Shown: one piece after another, positions 48,257-57,767 of the stretch
How the letters are laid out: every line of letters begins with the position of its first letter
Position numbering within the stretch: position 1 is the first letter of the stretch
From: Caldisericia bacterium
GTDB taxonomy: Bacteria; Caldisericota; Caldisericia; JAAYUI01
Assembly (NCBI GenBank): GCA_963674785.1
Contig: OY771555.1
Location: 1,440,001-1,504,000, forward strand
DNA: 64,000 bases
Direction: 5' to 3'
The notes under the pieces: generated by a model
The model's input: the letters and a program-made list of their open reading frames with translations, nothing else
Databases searched by the model: none
Told to the model about the DNA's origin: nothing
Program-made: the position numbers and the translations under genes

Positions 48257-49270
48257 CTAACAGAAGTTTTTTTCAACCCACTTGATTGCATTTACCCATT
48301 CTGGGTTTGAGTCTACAGCAAAATCTTCTGCAACCTTTTGGAGTTTTGGAATATCTTTGTAGCTATCTAGTGAAATCTCTCCATGAAGCATTGGATTGAG
48401 TCGCAGGTAAGAATCCCCAAGAATCTGGTTGCATTCGAATGTGTCTTTTTCAGAAGTTGCACCATCAAAAAGCATTCCAAGAATTGGTAACGAAGGCACA
48501 CCGTTCCCACCTTTAAGCCAGAAGAGGTATCCACAGTTATAAGGGCTTTTAACAGATGTTTCAGGGATTCTGGCACTGGCGTATCCTGTGCCTATTGAAA
48601 GAACCGTTACATCGTCTCTGTGAACATCGTCATTTGCCTGAAGCGCTTTTGCCAAGGCAAACATGCAGGGGTTGTTAGCGAAAGTTCCGCCATCGGTAAG
48701 ATATCCAAGAGTTTTGATGTAATGAGGGGGGAAATATGTTGGCGCAGCACTTGTTGATAGTGCCGCATCAAGATTCAAAACATTCGAAGTGTTATCAAGG
48801 CTCGATAGAGAGATTGGTCTCCAGCCATCAATATCTGTACTGTCGAGTTGGAATGTTGTTACAAGGACATGTCTATCTAAATCAGATAATGGCTTTGGTT
48901 GTCCAAGAACATCAATCAATCTTTCTTTCAATCCTTCATCAGTGTATTTGACATGTAAGATTTGACCAAAGTTGAATTGGAAAAGTTGTTTCAAGAAATA
49001 AAGAAGTCTATCAATAAGGCTAGTTGGGTGGTATCTTTTGAAAATCTTTTTGCAACTTTCAGGGTCATCATAAATCTGCACAACCTCATCAATCGGTGCT
49101 CCAGATGCAAGGGCGATAGATATGATACCCCCTGTTGATGTACCCGAAAAAAGGTCAACATGCTTCAAGAAACCTGTTTTATCATCAAGTTTTTTAATAA
49201 GGATTGACGTGATTAGTCCTCTTATACCACCACCATCTAGTGATAAAATCTTGTAGTTACTCATAGGCAA
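48257..49270 (-). CDS. patatin-like phospholipase
   Basis: 'LSLDGGGIRG', 'GTSTG', 'SAAPTYF', 'DGG', 'LSIGTG'. Confidence 0.92.
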   Translation of the reverse strand: MPMSNYKILSLDGGGIRGLITSILIKKLDDKTGFLKHVDLFSGTSTGGIISIALASGAPIDEVVQIYDDPESCKKIFKRYHPTSLIDRLLYFLKQLFQFNFGQILHVKYTDEGLKERLIDVLGQPKPLSDLDRHVLVTTFQLDSTDIDGWRPISLSSLDNTSNVLNLDAALSTSAAPTYFPPHYIKTLGYLTDGGTFANNPCMFALAKALQANDDVHRDDVTVLSIGTGYASARIPETSVKSPYNCGYLFWLKGGNGVPSLPILGMLFDGATSEKDTFECNQILGDSYLRLNPMLHGEISLDSYKDIPKLQKVAEDFAVDSNPEWVNAIKWVEKNFC

Positions 49271-49274
49271 AAGC

Positions 49275-49898
49275 TTACTCCCCTCGTAGTAGTTTCACCT
49301 CACCTATACCACCTTTTACATGAATAGTCAATATGTTTGATGATTCTTGATTATTTTTGCTTATGTATTTTCCTTCATCTCTGTCAAGTCCATTAACGAT
49401 GGTTGAGCCGAGTCCTGTTGAGACATCAGCAACGACTTTCATTGATTCTGGAAGTTTTATTTTTGATGCTCCAACACCCCCAGAAATCCACGCCTCAATA
49501 TCGTGATCCCAGTTTCCTCTTAGGTCAACCTTCATTTCTCCCGCACCATATTTGAGTCTCAATGTCCTTATGTTCAGTTCTGAAAGTCTCAACAACACAT
49601 CTCCTGCTCCACAAGTAAGAGTCATATCAATTGGGACATTATTATTGAATTTAAGATTCCAATTAGTTCTGCCTCCGGGAATGTTGATCAGACTCTCCTG
49701 CTTAACAGACAAGGCACCTCTTGTATTGTTGAATTTGTATGTTACCTCGGGCAGACATGAACCGCTGCAGTCAATATACTCCGCCTCCATTAGTTCAGAT
49801 GCTCCACCTTCAACATGAAGTTTGCCTGCTCCCAGCGAAATCTTAACTTCTACCTCCTGCACGTCTTGCAGTTTGACTTTTTGTGTCTTTCTCTCCAT
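49275..49898 (-). CDS. toast-rack/DUF2154-like beta-strand repeat protein
   Basis: Repeated 'GAG.l.v' motifs (LGAGKL, CGAGDV, YGAGEM, GGVGAS, GGIGEV). Confidence 0.7.
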   Translation of the reverse strand: MERKTQKVKLQDVQEVEVKISLGAGKLHVEGGASELMEAEYIDCSGSCLPEVTYKFNNTRGALSVKQESLINIPGGRTNWNLKFNNNVPIDMTLTCGAGDVLLRLSELNIRTLRLKYGAGEMKVDLRGNWDHDIEAWISGGVGASKIKLPESMKVVADVSTGLGSTIVNGLDRDEGKYISKNNQESSNILTIHVKGGIGEVKLLRGE

Positions 49899-50045
49899 GG
49901 ATTTTTCTCCTTAAGGTTTATGATTCTTTTGACACTCGAAGTATGAGTTTGATTTTTTAGGTATTGACACTGCTAGTCTAAGCTTGCTTGATTTGAACTG
50001 TAGTCTTCATAGAATCACGATAAAATTGCAACAAGGAGATGAAAT

Positions 50046-51404
50046 ATGAAGAGTTTTGATATGGTAGTAATTGGTGGTGGTCCATCAGGCCAGATCGTGG
50101 CAACGACAGCAAAGAGACTTCACCCCGAAAAAAGTGTTGCAATAATAACTGAGAAAAAAGATGGTTTGGTTCCATGCGGTATACCATATATTTTTCATGA
50201 TCTTGGTTCATGTGAGAACAATCATACAGATGCAACTGGTATCATAGCTCTCAAAGGTGAATTAATCATTGATAATGTGTCAAAAGTTGATACTGAATCA
50301 AAGTCTTTGGAACTTTCAAAAGGAGAAAAGATTTCATACAATAAACTTGTCTTTGCAACCGGTTCAAAACCAATATATCCAACTTTTGTTCCAGGTCACG
50401 AGCTAGACGGAGTTGATGTTGTTGCGAAAGATTATGAATCTATGGATGCTCTCAAGGTAAAAATTGATAAAGCTAAAAATGTTGTTGTAGTTGGAGCTGG
50501 TTTTATTGGTTGTGAAGTTTCAGAGCAGATTTCAAAAGCTGGGAAAAAAGTGACTTTGATTGAGGCACTCCCAAATATCCTTAGTAAATCCTTTTCCCCA
50601 AAGGTAAGCGAGAGTGCAGAAAAAGTACTTGCTGACATTGGTGTGACCCTCAAGCTTGGGCTGAAAGTGGTTGAAATAAAAGGCGAAAATGGGTCAGTTT
50701 GTTCGGTTGTCCTTGAAAATGGTGATGAAATACCTGCTGACAACGTGATTTTCTCCGTTGGTTATAGACCAAATGCAACTGTGGCAAAAGATGCAGGCAT
50801 CGTTCTTGATGATTATGGTTTTATTAAGGTTGATAGTTATATGAGGACAAGCATCAATGATATTTATGCAGTTGGCGATTGTTCATCAACAGTAGGATTT
50901 ATAACGGGTAAATTGGATAATATTATGCTTGCATCAACAGGAACTGCGGAGGCAAGAATCCTTGGGCATAATATATACAATATCAATCTCTTAAGAAGCT
51001 TCAGAGGGACACTTGGGATTTTTTCAACAAAGATTGGTGGAGTAACATATACCTGTGCTGGTGCAAATGAAAAAACAGCCGAGGATGCTGGAATTGACTA
51101 TGTTGTAGGCGAGTTTACAGGAATTGATAGGCATCCAGGCAAGTTTTCAGATACGGGTAAGGTTCACATAAAGCTCGTAGCATCTCCATCTTCTGGCCAG
51201 GTTATTGGTGCAGAAATTTGGGGAAGTTCATCTGCAGGTGAAATCATAAACATTGTTGGGATGGCAATTCAAAATGAAGTCACGATCTATGATCTTTTGA
51301 CATATCAGATTGGTACACATCCTCTTCTTACAGGACCACCAACAGGATATGCCATCATCAAAGCAGCAGATGATGTATTCAAAAAAATAAACTCACGAAA
51401 ATAG
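50046..51404 (+). CDS. FAD-dependent pyridine nucleotide-disulfide oxidoreductase (NADH oxidase/CoA-disulfide reductase-like)
   Basis: 'VIGGGPSG', single redox Cys 'VPCGIPY', 'VVGAGFIG', 'YAVGDC', C-terminal dimerisation domain. Confidence 0.9.
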   Translation: MKSFDMVVIGGGPSGQIVATTAKRLHPEKSVAIITEKKDGLVPCGIPYIFHDLGSCENNHTDATGIIALKGELIIDNVSKVDTESKSLELSKGEKISYNKLVFATGSKPIYPTFVPGHELDGVDVVAKDYESMDALKVKIDKAKNVVVVGAGFIGCEVSEQISKAGKKVTLIEALPNILSKSFSPKVSESAEKVLADIGVTLKLGLKVVEIKGENGSVCSVVLENGDEIPADNVIFSVGYRPNATVAKDAGIVLDDYGFIKVDSYMRTSINDIYAVGDCSSTVGFITGKLDNIMLASTGTAEARILGHNIYNINLLRSFRGTLGIFSTKIGGVTYTCAGANEKTAEDAGIDYVVGEFTGIDRHPGKFSDTGKVHIKLVASPSSGQVIGAEIWGSSSAGEIINIVGMAIQNEVTIYDLLTYQIGTHPLLTGPPTGYAIIKAADDVFKKINSRK

Positions 51405-51458
51405 TGATTGGTTTATTGACAATACCTAACTTGTGGATAAATTAATATCCTCAGGTAT

Positions 51459-51552
51459 GGAGAGGTGGGCCGAGTGGTCGAAGGCGCCCGCCTGCTAAGC
51501 GAGTAACTGGTGAACAACTGGTTCATGGGTTCGAATCCCATCCTCTCCGCCA
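51459..51552 (+). tRNA. tRNA-Ser (GCT)
   Basis: GGAGAGG/CCTCTCC acceptor, anticodon loop CTGCTAA, long variable arm, encoded CCA; TTGACA at 51416. Confidence 0.96.
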
Positions 51553-51711
51553 CTTCGAGTCTTCCCCAATATACATCCGGATATGTATATTCGCAAGCTG
51601 CGATACATAGGCAGTTCGTACGGTTTATCACCACCGTTTGTTTTCACTCAAAACCCACAATCTGTCTAGACCTGCAAGCTGGTGATGACATAGTCCATGG
51701 TTCAATCCCCA

Positions 51712-52257
51712 TTATCTCTGCTGTTCCTGTATACTCTTTTTCGCCAACGCAAAGATTTCGGCTATCAACTCAGATTTCCCCTCAGTGTATTTTTCTCGAT
51801 CATTTTTATATTTTTTCATGAGAAAAAGCTTTAGTTCATCATATTTTTTTGCCCATTGTGGATTTGAACGTAAAAAATCTCTGAATAGAAGATGTCTATT
51901 CCAGTCTTTCCCTTGATATATTACAGCATGGAGATGATGTGTTCGGTAACCATTTGATTCTTTTCGGAAATATCTTCTCCAATCGCAGCCAGGTTCTGGT
52001 CTATAAGAAAAGCCAAGTAGATGAAGTTTTTCAAGAGGTTCTGGTTGAATAATTTCATCAAGAGTTTTTAATCCAACTTGAAGGTCAATAATAGGTTTTG
52101 CATGAATACCTTTGATTGATGTACTTCCAATATGGCATATATCAATTGCCATATCACCAAGTTTTTCCTTCAGTTCAGAAATTGTATTTTGGGCAATTTG
52201 TCTCCAATCTTCCTGATGAAAAACCAAATCGACCGTTCCCTTTTTGAGACCAATCAT
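51712..52257 (-). CDS. GrpB/UPF0157 family nucleotidyltransferase-fold protein
   Basis: 'HIGSTSI.G..AKPIIDL', 'RTHHLH', 'LLFRDFLR', 'Y..GKS'. Confidence 0.92.
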   Translation of the reverse strand: MIGLKKGTVDLVFHQEDWRQIAQNTISELKEKLGDMAIDICHIGSTSIKGIHAKPIIDLQVGLKTLDEIIQPEPLEKLHLLGFSYRPEPGCDWRRYFRKESNGYRTHHLHAVIYQGKDWNRHLLFRDFLRSNPQWAKKYDELKLFLMKKYKNDREKYTEGKSELIAEIFALAKKSIQEQQR

Positions 52258-52552
52258 AGAGTTAATTTACCAGAAAATCCGTTTTTATCAATTTTTCTCG
52301 AGTAGGTATTATTCAGTATGTTGATGGTTCAGGCTTGAAAAAAAGTACTTTTTTTCTAAAAAGTCCCTCCATCTTTCTCTGGTTTTTTCAGTGAAAAATC
52401 AACTTTTGATTTTCTTTTAATAATTGATCAACATAGTCCAATCAAATGCAGTCTGGAAAAGCATTTATTTGGTGTTGCTAACCCAAAAATACATGTTGAC
52501 ACTGTAACAATTAAAATTATACTCCATTCAACTTTATCAGAGGGGGTAGGAA

Positions 52553-52735
52553 ATGAAGTGGAGACGTTATAAAGACAGTGATGTCTGGCACTATAACGAG
52601 AATTGCCCTGAGTGGCCAACTTCTGACTACGTTGAATCGAATAAGGAACCTCGTGACGGCTACATTTGTGACATGTGCGAGGATTATGACGGAATTGATG
52701 AAGATTTCGGATTTGAGGAGGAAGAATGGCAGTAA
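52553..52735 (+). CDS. small putative Zn-binding protein (60 aa) with acidic tail
   Basis: GAGGGGG RBS; 'WHYNENCPEWP...YICDMC'. Confidence 0.7.
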   Translation: MKWRRYKDSDVWHYNENCPEWPTSDYVESNKEPRDGYICDMCEDYDGIDEDFGFEEEEWQ

Positions 52736-52803
52736 AAAAAGCTAAACCAGCAGCCAAAAAGACAACAACAGCCAAAAAGACACAAAGCAAAAAAAAGAAG
52801 TAG
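52726..52803 (+). CDS. 25-aa Lys/Ala/Thr-rich peptide MAVKKAKPAAKKTTTAKKTQSKKKK
   Basis: GAGGAGG RBS at 52715-52721, ATG 52726, TAG 52801, terminator immediately after. Confidence 0.6.
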   Translation: MAVKKAKPAAKKTTTAKKTQSKKKK

Positions 52804-52818
52804 CTTGGGTCAGTTTGT

Positions 52819-52852
52819 TTGGGGGATTATCGGATCCCCCAATTTATTTTTT
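52819..52852 (+). terminator. intrinsic terminator
   Basis: TTGGGGGAT-tatcgg-ATCCCCCAA followed by TTTATTTTTT. Confidence 0.75.
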
Positions 52853-52999
52853 CAATTAAGCTAGTCCTTTGTTTGGTTTTTCTTGTGTCTCCGCAAAAAG
52901 TTTTCACTAAGTTTCCAATCTTACAGCTGAATTGTCCTTTTAACCGAAATTATATTATTAAAAAATCATATCTTGCAAAGAATAAGTTATAATCTTTGT

Positions 53000-55229
53000 G
53001 TGAGAAAAGTATTTTCGATGATAATTGTTTTTCTAGTTTGTGTAATTTGCATTGATATTCCACATGTAGATTGTGATGAGAACACAAATGACTGGGTTTG
53101 TTTCAAGGGAGATTTAGCAAGGACTGGAGCTGTAAAATCAGGTTGTGATATTGATATTGATTCACTCGCATTGAAATGGAATGTCAGAACAATGGGAGGA
53201 GTTGAATCATCTCCAGTCTATAAGGATGGTAAAGTTGTTGTTGGGTCGTACGATCACCATGTGTATTGTGTTGATGTGGAAACAGGGGAGCTGGAATGGA
53301 AATATCAAACTGGTGGACAGATCAAATCATCCCCATGTATTTCTGATGGGTATGTTTTTATTGGCTCCTTTGATGGGGCTTTGTATTGTTTGGATTTTGA
53401 AACTGGAGAAAAGGCTTGGGCAACTGGACTTGCAGCAGAAGGAATTTCTTCTTCACCACTATGTAACGAGGAATTTATATATGTTGGTTCAGATGATGGT
53501 GGTATAAATTGTGTCGATAAAAAGACTGGAAACCTCTTATGGAAAGCATTTACCCAAGACAAAGTGCAAAGTTCTCCTGCGATAGCCAATAATAAGCTAT
53601 ATATCGGATCGTCAGATAACTTCCTCTATTGCGTCGATTTGGATGGTGGTTTGGTTGAATGGTTCTACAAAACTTATGGCTCTGTTACGTCCACACCTTG
53701 CATTTCTAATAACAAAATCTTTTTTGGTTCATGGGATAAACATCTCTACTGTCTCGAAGAAAGTACTGGAAAGCTTCTTTGGAGATATAGAACGGATGAA
53801 TGGATTGAATCTTCACCATCTGTTTCTGGTGGAAAGGTCTATTTCGGTTCTGCTGATTATAATCTTTATTGTTTAAATATTTCAACCGGTGATTTGATTT
53901 GGAAAACATCTGCAGAGGATTCAAAGATCGTTTCATCACCAACCATATTTGATGATAAACTTTTGGTTGGCACCTGAGATAAGCACATCTACTGCCTGTC
54001 AGGCAGTACTGGTGAGATTCTTTGGAAGTATCAAACAGGATCAGTTGTGAGGTCGTCTCCTGCTGTCTGGGATGGACATTTTTGTGTTGGATCGTATGAC
54101 ACAAAAATCTATTGTTTTGCGGATAAATCTGCAAAAAAAGAATTTGAAGAAGATATAGATACCGTTCTCGATAGAGTAATCAACAAACCTGAAAAAGTTC
54201 TGTGGAGTAAACTTTTTATCCCATCTATAAGTGAATTCAAATTCTTTGATGATTTCACGCTTATACAGATTCAATCGAATACGTTTTGGAATTTGTATCA
54301 ATGTTTGTCAAATAAGACAGGTGAAGTGATTTGGATGAAAACACTCAGAAATGATCGATCAGAATGGAATAAATTGTATTGGGAGAATAGTTTTTTTATC
54401 ACAAGATATGACGGAGATGGTTCTAAAATTGTAGTTTCTATTGATATTGAAACAGGGAAAGAAAAATGGAGGTGTAAATTATCGGATTACTCCTATGAAT
54501 CCTACAGGGTTTATCTTTTAGATAATCGATTGTTTTTAAGGGTTGATGGAGAAGTTGTAGTTTTAAATCCAGAAAACGGCAATGAAGATGAGGATATTTT
54601 TACATTACCTGAGTTGCTTCCTTATTATTTGGATGAAAACGTGATTTTGTATTTTTTAGATCAAAGTTTCTATGGTTATGATAGAGATTCAGGCGAAGAG
54701 TTATTCAGATTTAAACCAGCTTGGAATCCTGAATATCTTGCTCTTGCAAAAAGCCTAAAGCAAAAACCTAACTTTGTAAAATTGCATGAGCGAAAACTTG
54801 TTGTGATTTCTACTGGAAGATACAGTGCAAAAATGGTTGCGGTGTTTGATATCGATACGGGGAAAATAGCATATTATGGTGAAAATATTATTTGTTTTAT
54901 GAATAATGGTGATGAAATCGTGTTTCTAGCGGATATAGGCGATAAACTGACTAGCGTTCAATTGCTTGAGCTTGATGGTTCTGGTGTGAAATGGTTTTAT
55001 TGAAAGGAGTGCAAAAGACCCTATGGTACCAGCCTATATTTCTAATTCAGAACTTGTTCTTTGCGATAAGGAGCAACTCTACTCGTTTGATAAGGCATCA
55101 GGTATTCAAAGATGGGTCTCAGCTCTGCCGAAAAAACCTCTTTACTTGTCGGATGGTATTGGATTAAAGCTTAACAGTAACGATCAGTTTATCTTGATTT
55201 CCAGTCAGCACTTAATGCTTTTGGATTGA
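53000..55229 (+). pseudogene. PQQ-repeat (BamB-like) beta-propeller surface protein, interrupted by an in-frame TGA and a frameshift
   Basis: Repeats 'SSP.v....vyvGS.D..lYCld..tG.l.W'. TGA 53975 sits inside a repeat and the frame continues into ORF 54047. Removing one T at 54995-54998 joins ORF 55023. Confidence 0.75.
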
Positions 55230-55281
55230 AAACCATCTTATAGTTGCTTATATTCTTTCCAGATAAAAAAGGAGATTTTTC

Positions 55282-56023
55282 GTGATAGAGAATATTGACA
55301 GAGTTCCAAAATATAGAGGTTTGATTACGAATTTTGTTTTCATGTTCATTGGTATCTTGATGATAATCATTCCAATTACCGTTCCAATTGAGTCTGATTT
55401 TAAATATGCGATTTTAATGGTTGGGATTCTTATTGGCCCTCACAGCATTGATTTTAATTCCTTTTTTTCTTGGAAGAAAAAACAGATATGAAAAGCTCCT
55501 ACTCGGTGGAGAAAACATCGTCTCCTGGAAGATGGATGATGACTTTTTTGTTGGTGCTGCACAAAGAAAAAAAGATAATCAGCTCACAAGAAATAAAGCA
55601 TTAATTGCTATTATGGGTTTCTTTTTTGTGTTGATTGGGTTGGGTTTTCTTATTTTTGCATGGGGTGATGGCGGACTTGAAACCTTTATTATTTGTATGG
55701 GCATTTTTGCACTTGTTGCTCTCTGTGGCTTTTCATTTCCGTTTATTAGTTACTACACATCTCTCCGCAAAAGCAAGTATGTCTTTGTTGGTGAGGATTG
55801 TGCATTAATCGGTACAGAGTTCCATGTATTTGTAGGGGACACTGTGAAGTTTACATCCGCGGAATTCTCTGAAAAAGATAAAGCAATATTCATCAACTAC
55901 AAAGTTCTGACACGAACCTTGTATACACCATACACTGCTGAAATCCCTGTCCCAGATTCACAAAAGGAAAAAGCAGAGAAAATAGTTGACATCATCAACC
56001 AAAAGCACTCAAAGAAAAAATAA
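55282..56023 (+). pseudogene. membrane protein split by a +1 frameshift
   Basis: AAGGAG RBS, GTG 55282; deleting one G of GGG 55423-55425 gives continuous '...AILMVGFLLALTAL...'. Confidence 0.7.
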
Positions 56024-56545
56024 CTATTCCTGCGTAACTTCTGAGATAAAGTCGAATATCTTCCATCCAACGGCTGATTTGGTCATTATGAATCTGCCGT
56101 TGGATGAGTATTCATTGTCGACTCCAATGGTTTTTATATCGATTGAAAAAATGATCTCAATGTCTCTTTTCCCATCGGCTTCTTTGTCGATATAAACTCC
56201 TTTTATTATTGGCGGGTTGTATTCGAAAAGCTTGAAGCTTTCCTCCCAGATTTCAGTGAATTTATTGAGACTTTCTTTGTTTTCCATGAAAGGTGAGTCA
56301 GGTTCTATGTATCCCCATGCCTTCTCGTAGTCTTTTTCATAACATGCATTGTAATATTCAAGAATCGCAGTGGAGGCGGGATGGGTTTCGGGGCCGATGT
56401 CATATATTGCCTGGTCGATCCTTGAGTTGAATTCTCCATCATCAACCATTTTGTATATGTTCTCCCAGGTAAGGGGTTCAGCTTTTGGTGAGCATCCACC
56501 AAAGATTAGAATCACGACTACAAGGAGGGGTAAAATTTTTCTCAT
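56024..56545 (-). CDS. lipoprotein with NTF2-like domain
   Basis: Lipobox FGGC; 'YYNAC..KDYEKAW', 'GWKI'. Confidence 0.75.
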   Translation of the reverse strand: MRKILPLLVVVILIFGGCSPKAEPLTWENIYKMVDDGEFNSRIDQAIYDIGPETHPASTAILEYYNACYEKDYEKAWGYIEPDSPFMENKESLNKFTEIWEESFKLFEYNPPIIKGVYIDKEADGKRDIEIIFSIDIKTIGVDNEYSSNGRFIMTKSAVGWKIFDFISEVTQE

Positions 56546-56623
56546 ATCTTGAATATATTTGCAAAGGGAGAAAGTTCAATAATCACAAGTTGACCGATGA
56601 CCATTTGACATTAGAATTTGGAT

Positions 56624-57535
56624 ATGCGTAATAGAACTTTTTGTGTGATAACCTTCTGCTTTGTGCTTATTTCAATGTGTTTCCTTGGCTGCTCAAAAAC
56701 AGTTTTTGATGATGGTTTCATAAAAATAAATATTCCAAGTGGATGGGGTGTTGGTCAGATTAACACCAGCAAGTCGTATGTTTTTGCATCAACGGTTCCG
56801 AAAACCTTCGGTGAAACCCTTCAATCCTTGATTAATCCAATGGAATCGAATCTTGAGGATCCATCTTTCAGTTTCTTTGAAGAAGGAATTATTGTTTCAG
56901 GTAAACCGAAAGAAACACTTGCTGACGCAAGATTTATTCTTGGGGATATAATAATTAGCAAAAGGGATGTAGATATTGAGGCAAAAAGAATAGGAATGAT
57001 AAATTCAACCATTCAGCCCGATCAGATATACAACAATGCAGAAATAAATGTTATTCAAAATGCATATTTTATGCTCGGTGCAAAGACGTCAGATGTCGTT
57101 ATTTCAGATACGGATGTTTTAGCCGAAATGGAAAGATCTTTTGATGAAGTTGTATCAGCAGGAGGTTCAAAAGAAGGCTTCTTGACGGGGTGGGGGATAA
57201 CTGAAAATGAATTCAGGAAACTCATATCTGAAAAACTCGTTTATGCAGAAATGATTGAGATGGTTGATAACACCTTCCCAGATTTAAACGAAGCAGAATC
57301 CGCATCGGAATTCTTAGTAAAAATGTCTGAAATCTATGAGTTAAAAGAAGTTACTTCTCAGGCGATTTCCTTAAGCTCAACAGTTATCGAAAGAGACAAT
57401 GGCTTTTTGATAATTTCAGGTGTTCTATATGATGAAAAAGACGAGAACAATCTAAACAGGTTAACAAAAGAATTACTGAATTCCTTTGAGTCTATATCAC
57501 CTTCTTCAGTTTACATCTTCTCTTCTGAAGGTTAG
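56624..57535 (+). CDS. putative lipoprotein (central region SurA-N-like)
   Basis: Lipobox FLGC; 'ISDTDVLAEM...GGSKEGFL..WGITENEFRK'. Confidence 0.7.
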   Translation: MRNRTFCVITFCFVLISMCFLGCSKTVFDDGFIKINIPSGWGVGQINTSKSYVFASTVPKTFGETLQSLINPMESNLEDPSFSFFEEGIIVSGKPKETLADARFILGDIIISKRDVDIEAKRIGMINSTIQPDQIYNNAEINVIQNAYFMLGAKTSDVVISDTDVLAEMERSFDEVVSAGGSKEGFLTGWGITENEFRKLISEKLVYAEMIEMVDNTFPDLNEAESASEFLVKMSEIYELKEVTSQAISLSSTVIERDNGFLIISGVLYDEKDENNLNRLTKELLNSFESISPSSVYIFSSEG

Positions 57536-57555
57536 AGCTGTTTAATGTCTTGGTG

Positions 57556-57584
57556 TTGACACCGACAATCAGATACCATAGAAT
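57556..57584 (+). promoter_or_regulatory. sigma70 promoter of tRNA-fMet/tRNA-Thr
   Basis: TTGACA-17 bp-TAGAAT. Confidence 0.8.
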
Positions 57585-57596
57585 GTTTCGAGTCTT

Positions 57597-57673
57597 TGCG
57601 GGATAGAGCAGTCTGGTAGCTCGTCGGGCCCATAACCCGGAGGTCGTTGGTTCAAATCCAACTCCCGCAACCA
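57597..57673 (+). tRNA. initiator tRNA-fMet (CAT)
   Basis: Anticodon CAT, three G-C pairs in the anticodon stem (GGG/CCC), A11-U24, TTCAAAT T-loop, encoded CCA. Confidence 0.95.
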
Positions 57674-57691
57674 TTTCTTTTTCTCACCTAT

Positions 57692-57767
<76 letters not shown>

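Noticed and set aside
48257-49270. CBASS system with a CapV-like effector
   Set aside because: No CD-NTase or Cap2/Cap3 gene is adjacent.
50046-51404. The missing glycine-cleavage L protein (LpdA)
   Set aside because: It lacks the CxxxxC redox disulfide and has the single-Cys motif of the NADH oxidase/CoA-disulfide reductase group.
53975-53977. Genome-wide UGA recoding (code 4/25) or selenocysteine
   Set aside because: Many conserved genes here end in TGA with ATGA/TGATG coupling (porC, gcvPA, radical SAM), Trp is encoded by TGG elsewhere, and the position corresponds to Trp, not Cys.
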